A stretch of DNA of 61,819 nt, counting the filler, from Rhabdomonas costata (taxonomy: Eukaryota), in NCBI GenBank assembly GCA_019059605.1. It is 18 parts of 18 records of this genome, joined end to end, with 100 filler letters (N's around TTAATTAATTAA, not from the genome) between each part and the next. Parts side by side here need not be neighbours in the genome. Positions count along the whole stretch, not along the records: positions 58,488 to 61,819 come from JAHMHO010000981.1; 17 more parts are not named here. The stretch is one strand, 5' to 3'. The first letter of the stretch is position 1. Every line of letters begins with the position of its first letter. This document shows positions 60,806 to 61,819 of the stretch, piece by piece. The notes below the pieces were generated by a model. The model ran no database searches, was not told the DNA's origin, and saw only the letters and a list, made by a program, of their open reading frames with translations. The position numbers and the translations under genes are program-made.

Positions 60806-61819
60806 CCCTGCGAGAGCGCATGAAAAGCAAGACTGATAAAGTGTGGCATAAGAACTCACCCCCACCCAAAACTTCGTTAAGCATGGCCAACGTGGCACTG
60901 GCAAGCCGGAGACACACCTTCGAAGGAGTACGGAGAGTGAACAAAACGGGTCACCATTCTGTGGGGAGAAGGGAAGGGAAAACACTTGTGAAGGGCCGGG
61001 CAACACGGCGGTCTCTAAGTCTGAATGAACGGTGGAGAGGTTACACCAAAAACAAAATGCAAAGGGGGCAGCAGTGGCCCATGGTACTGACGTTCTCTTT
61101 GGATGCAAGTCGTTGCATGCAGGTGGAGCGGAAACTTATCTCAAGGGTGGGCTCGGTCCGGTTCATGGAAACGTCAAAAACCGAACGGCAGGCACAATAA
61201 AAATCCCAGTGGCACAATCTCCATACAGAACGATCTCCAGAACGACGCTTAAAACTATCTAATGAGATGCCAGCGGAGGGCAAACCAAGAACGTTCAATA
61301 GGAGTGAGTATAGAAACCGACAAACCACAAAAGATGGGCCAGGGGATGAGGCGGCTGAAAGCACAGATCGCGTGGGGTTCGGATGAGACATCTGGCTTCT
61401 CAACGGAAACAGGCCACCGAGTGGGGAACCCCTCGATTCTCCTCTTTCCTTGGTTCTTCCTTCAAGGGCATCCATAATTCCCGAGCGTACCTCACAGCCA
61501 ATGAACAAAGGATGACATCCACCAACGGGCCGCCTCTTTTCCCAACAATGAGCACCCACCGCACAATCAGCACCCACGGCACACGTCCGCGGCCCAACGA
61601 CACGCGGCACGACGACAATTTCGGACCACAGCCTACCGTGAGCAGGTGGAAAGAGTGAATGGGAAAAGATGCAGGCGAAAACAAGAGCATGCCCGGACCC
61701 CCGTGCCCAACCACACCCTCGACTAAAGAACCAACTCGAACAAACGCACTAGAGAGACGTGACGATGCCTGGTGCTGCGTATAGTCCAATCATTCCAGCA
61801 GCAGGCTTCCACCCAACAA

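Overview
This window is not one locus. It is 18 unrelated contigs of about 3.33-3.35 kb, in roughly decreasing length, joined by artificial ~100-nt linkers (N-run + TTAATTAATTAA + N-run). Most contig ends carry G/T-only (or C/A-only) whole-genome-amplification primer remnants, so synteny across linkers is meaningless. The DNA is from an intron-rich eukaryote, most likely a euglenid/euglenozoan. Support for that: a PFO that closely resembles my recollection of Euglena PNO, a euglenozoan-type CxH..W..LR.KRG..CxxC zinc ribbon, several GC-AG introns, and AG acceptors right before start codons. Splicing exons by hand gives recognisable genes or fragments: F-box/LRR protein, universal stress protein, AGC-kinase tail, EGF+GT15 mannosyltransferase, LicD-family transferase, PGAP1-like GPI deacylase, PFO/PNO, dual-specificity phosphatase with 12-aa tandem repeats, multi-EGF protein, GH2 beta-galactosidase, MAP kinase, O-methyltransferase, Tudor-knot protein, FAM172/Arb2 protein, DnaJ protein, HAD hydrolase and a Pro-rich zinc-ribbon protein. 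The most unusual observation is the MAP kinase (contig 13), which is not visible in the ORF track. It has a ~70-aa insertion between kinase subdomains I and II whose pattern resembles the N-terminal attachment domain of T7-like phage tail fibres, and the insertion is itself split by a spliceosomal intron. No tRNA, rRNA, SL-RNA or CRISPR array was recognised. All family calls come from motif recognition by eye, not from database searches.
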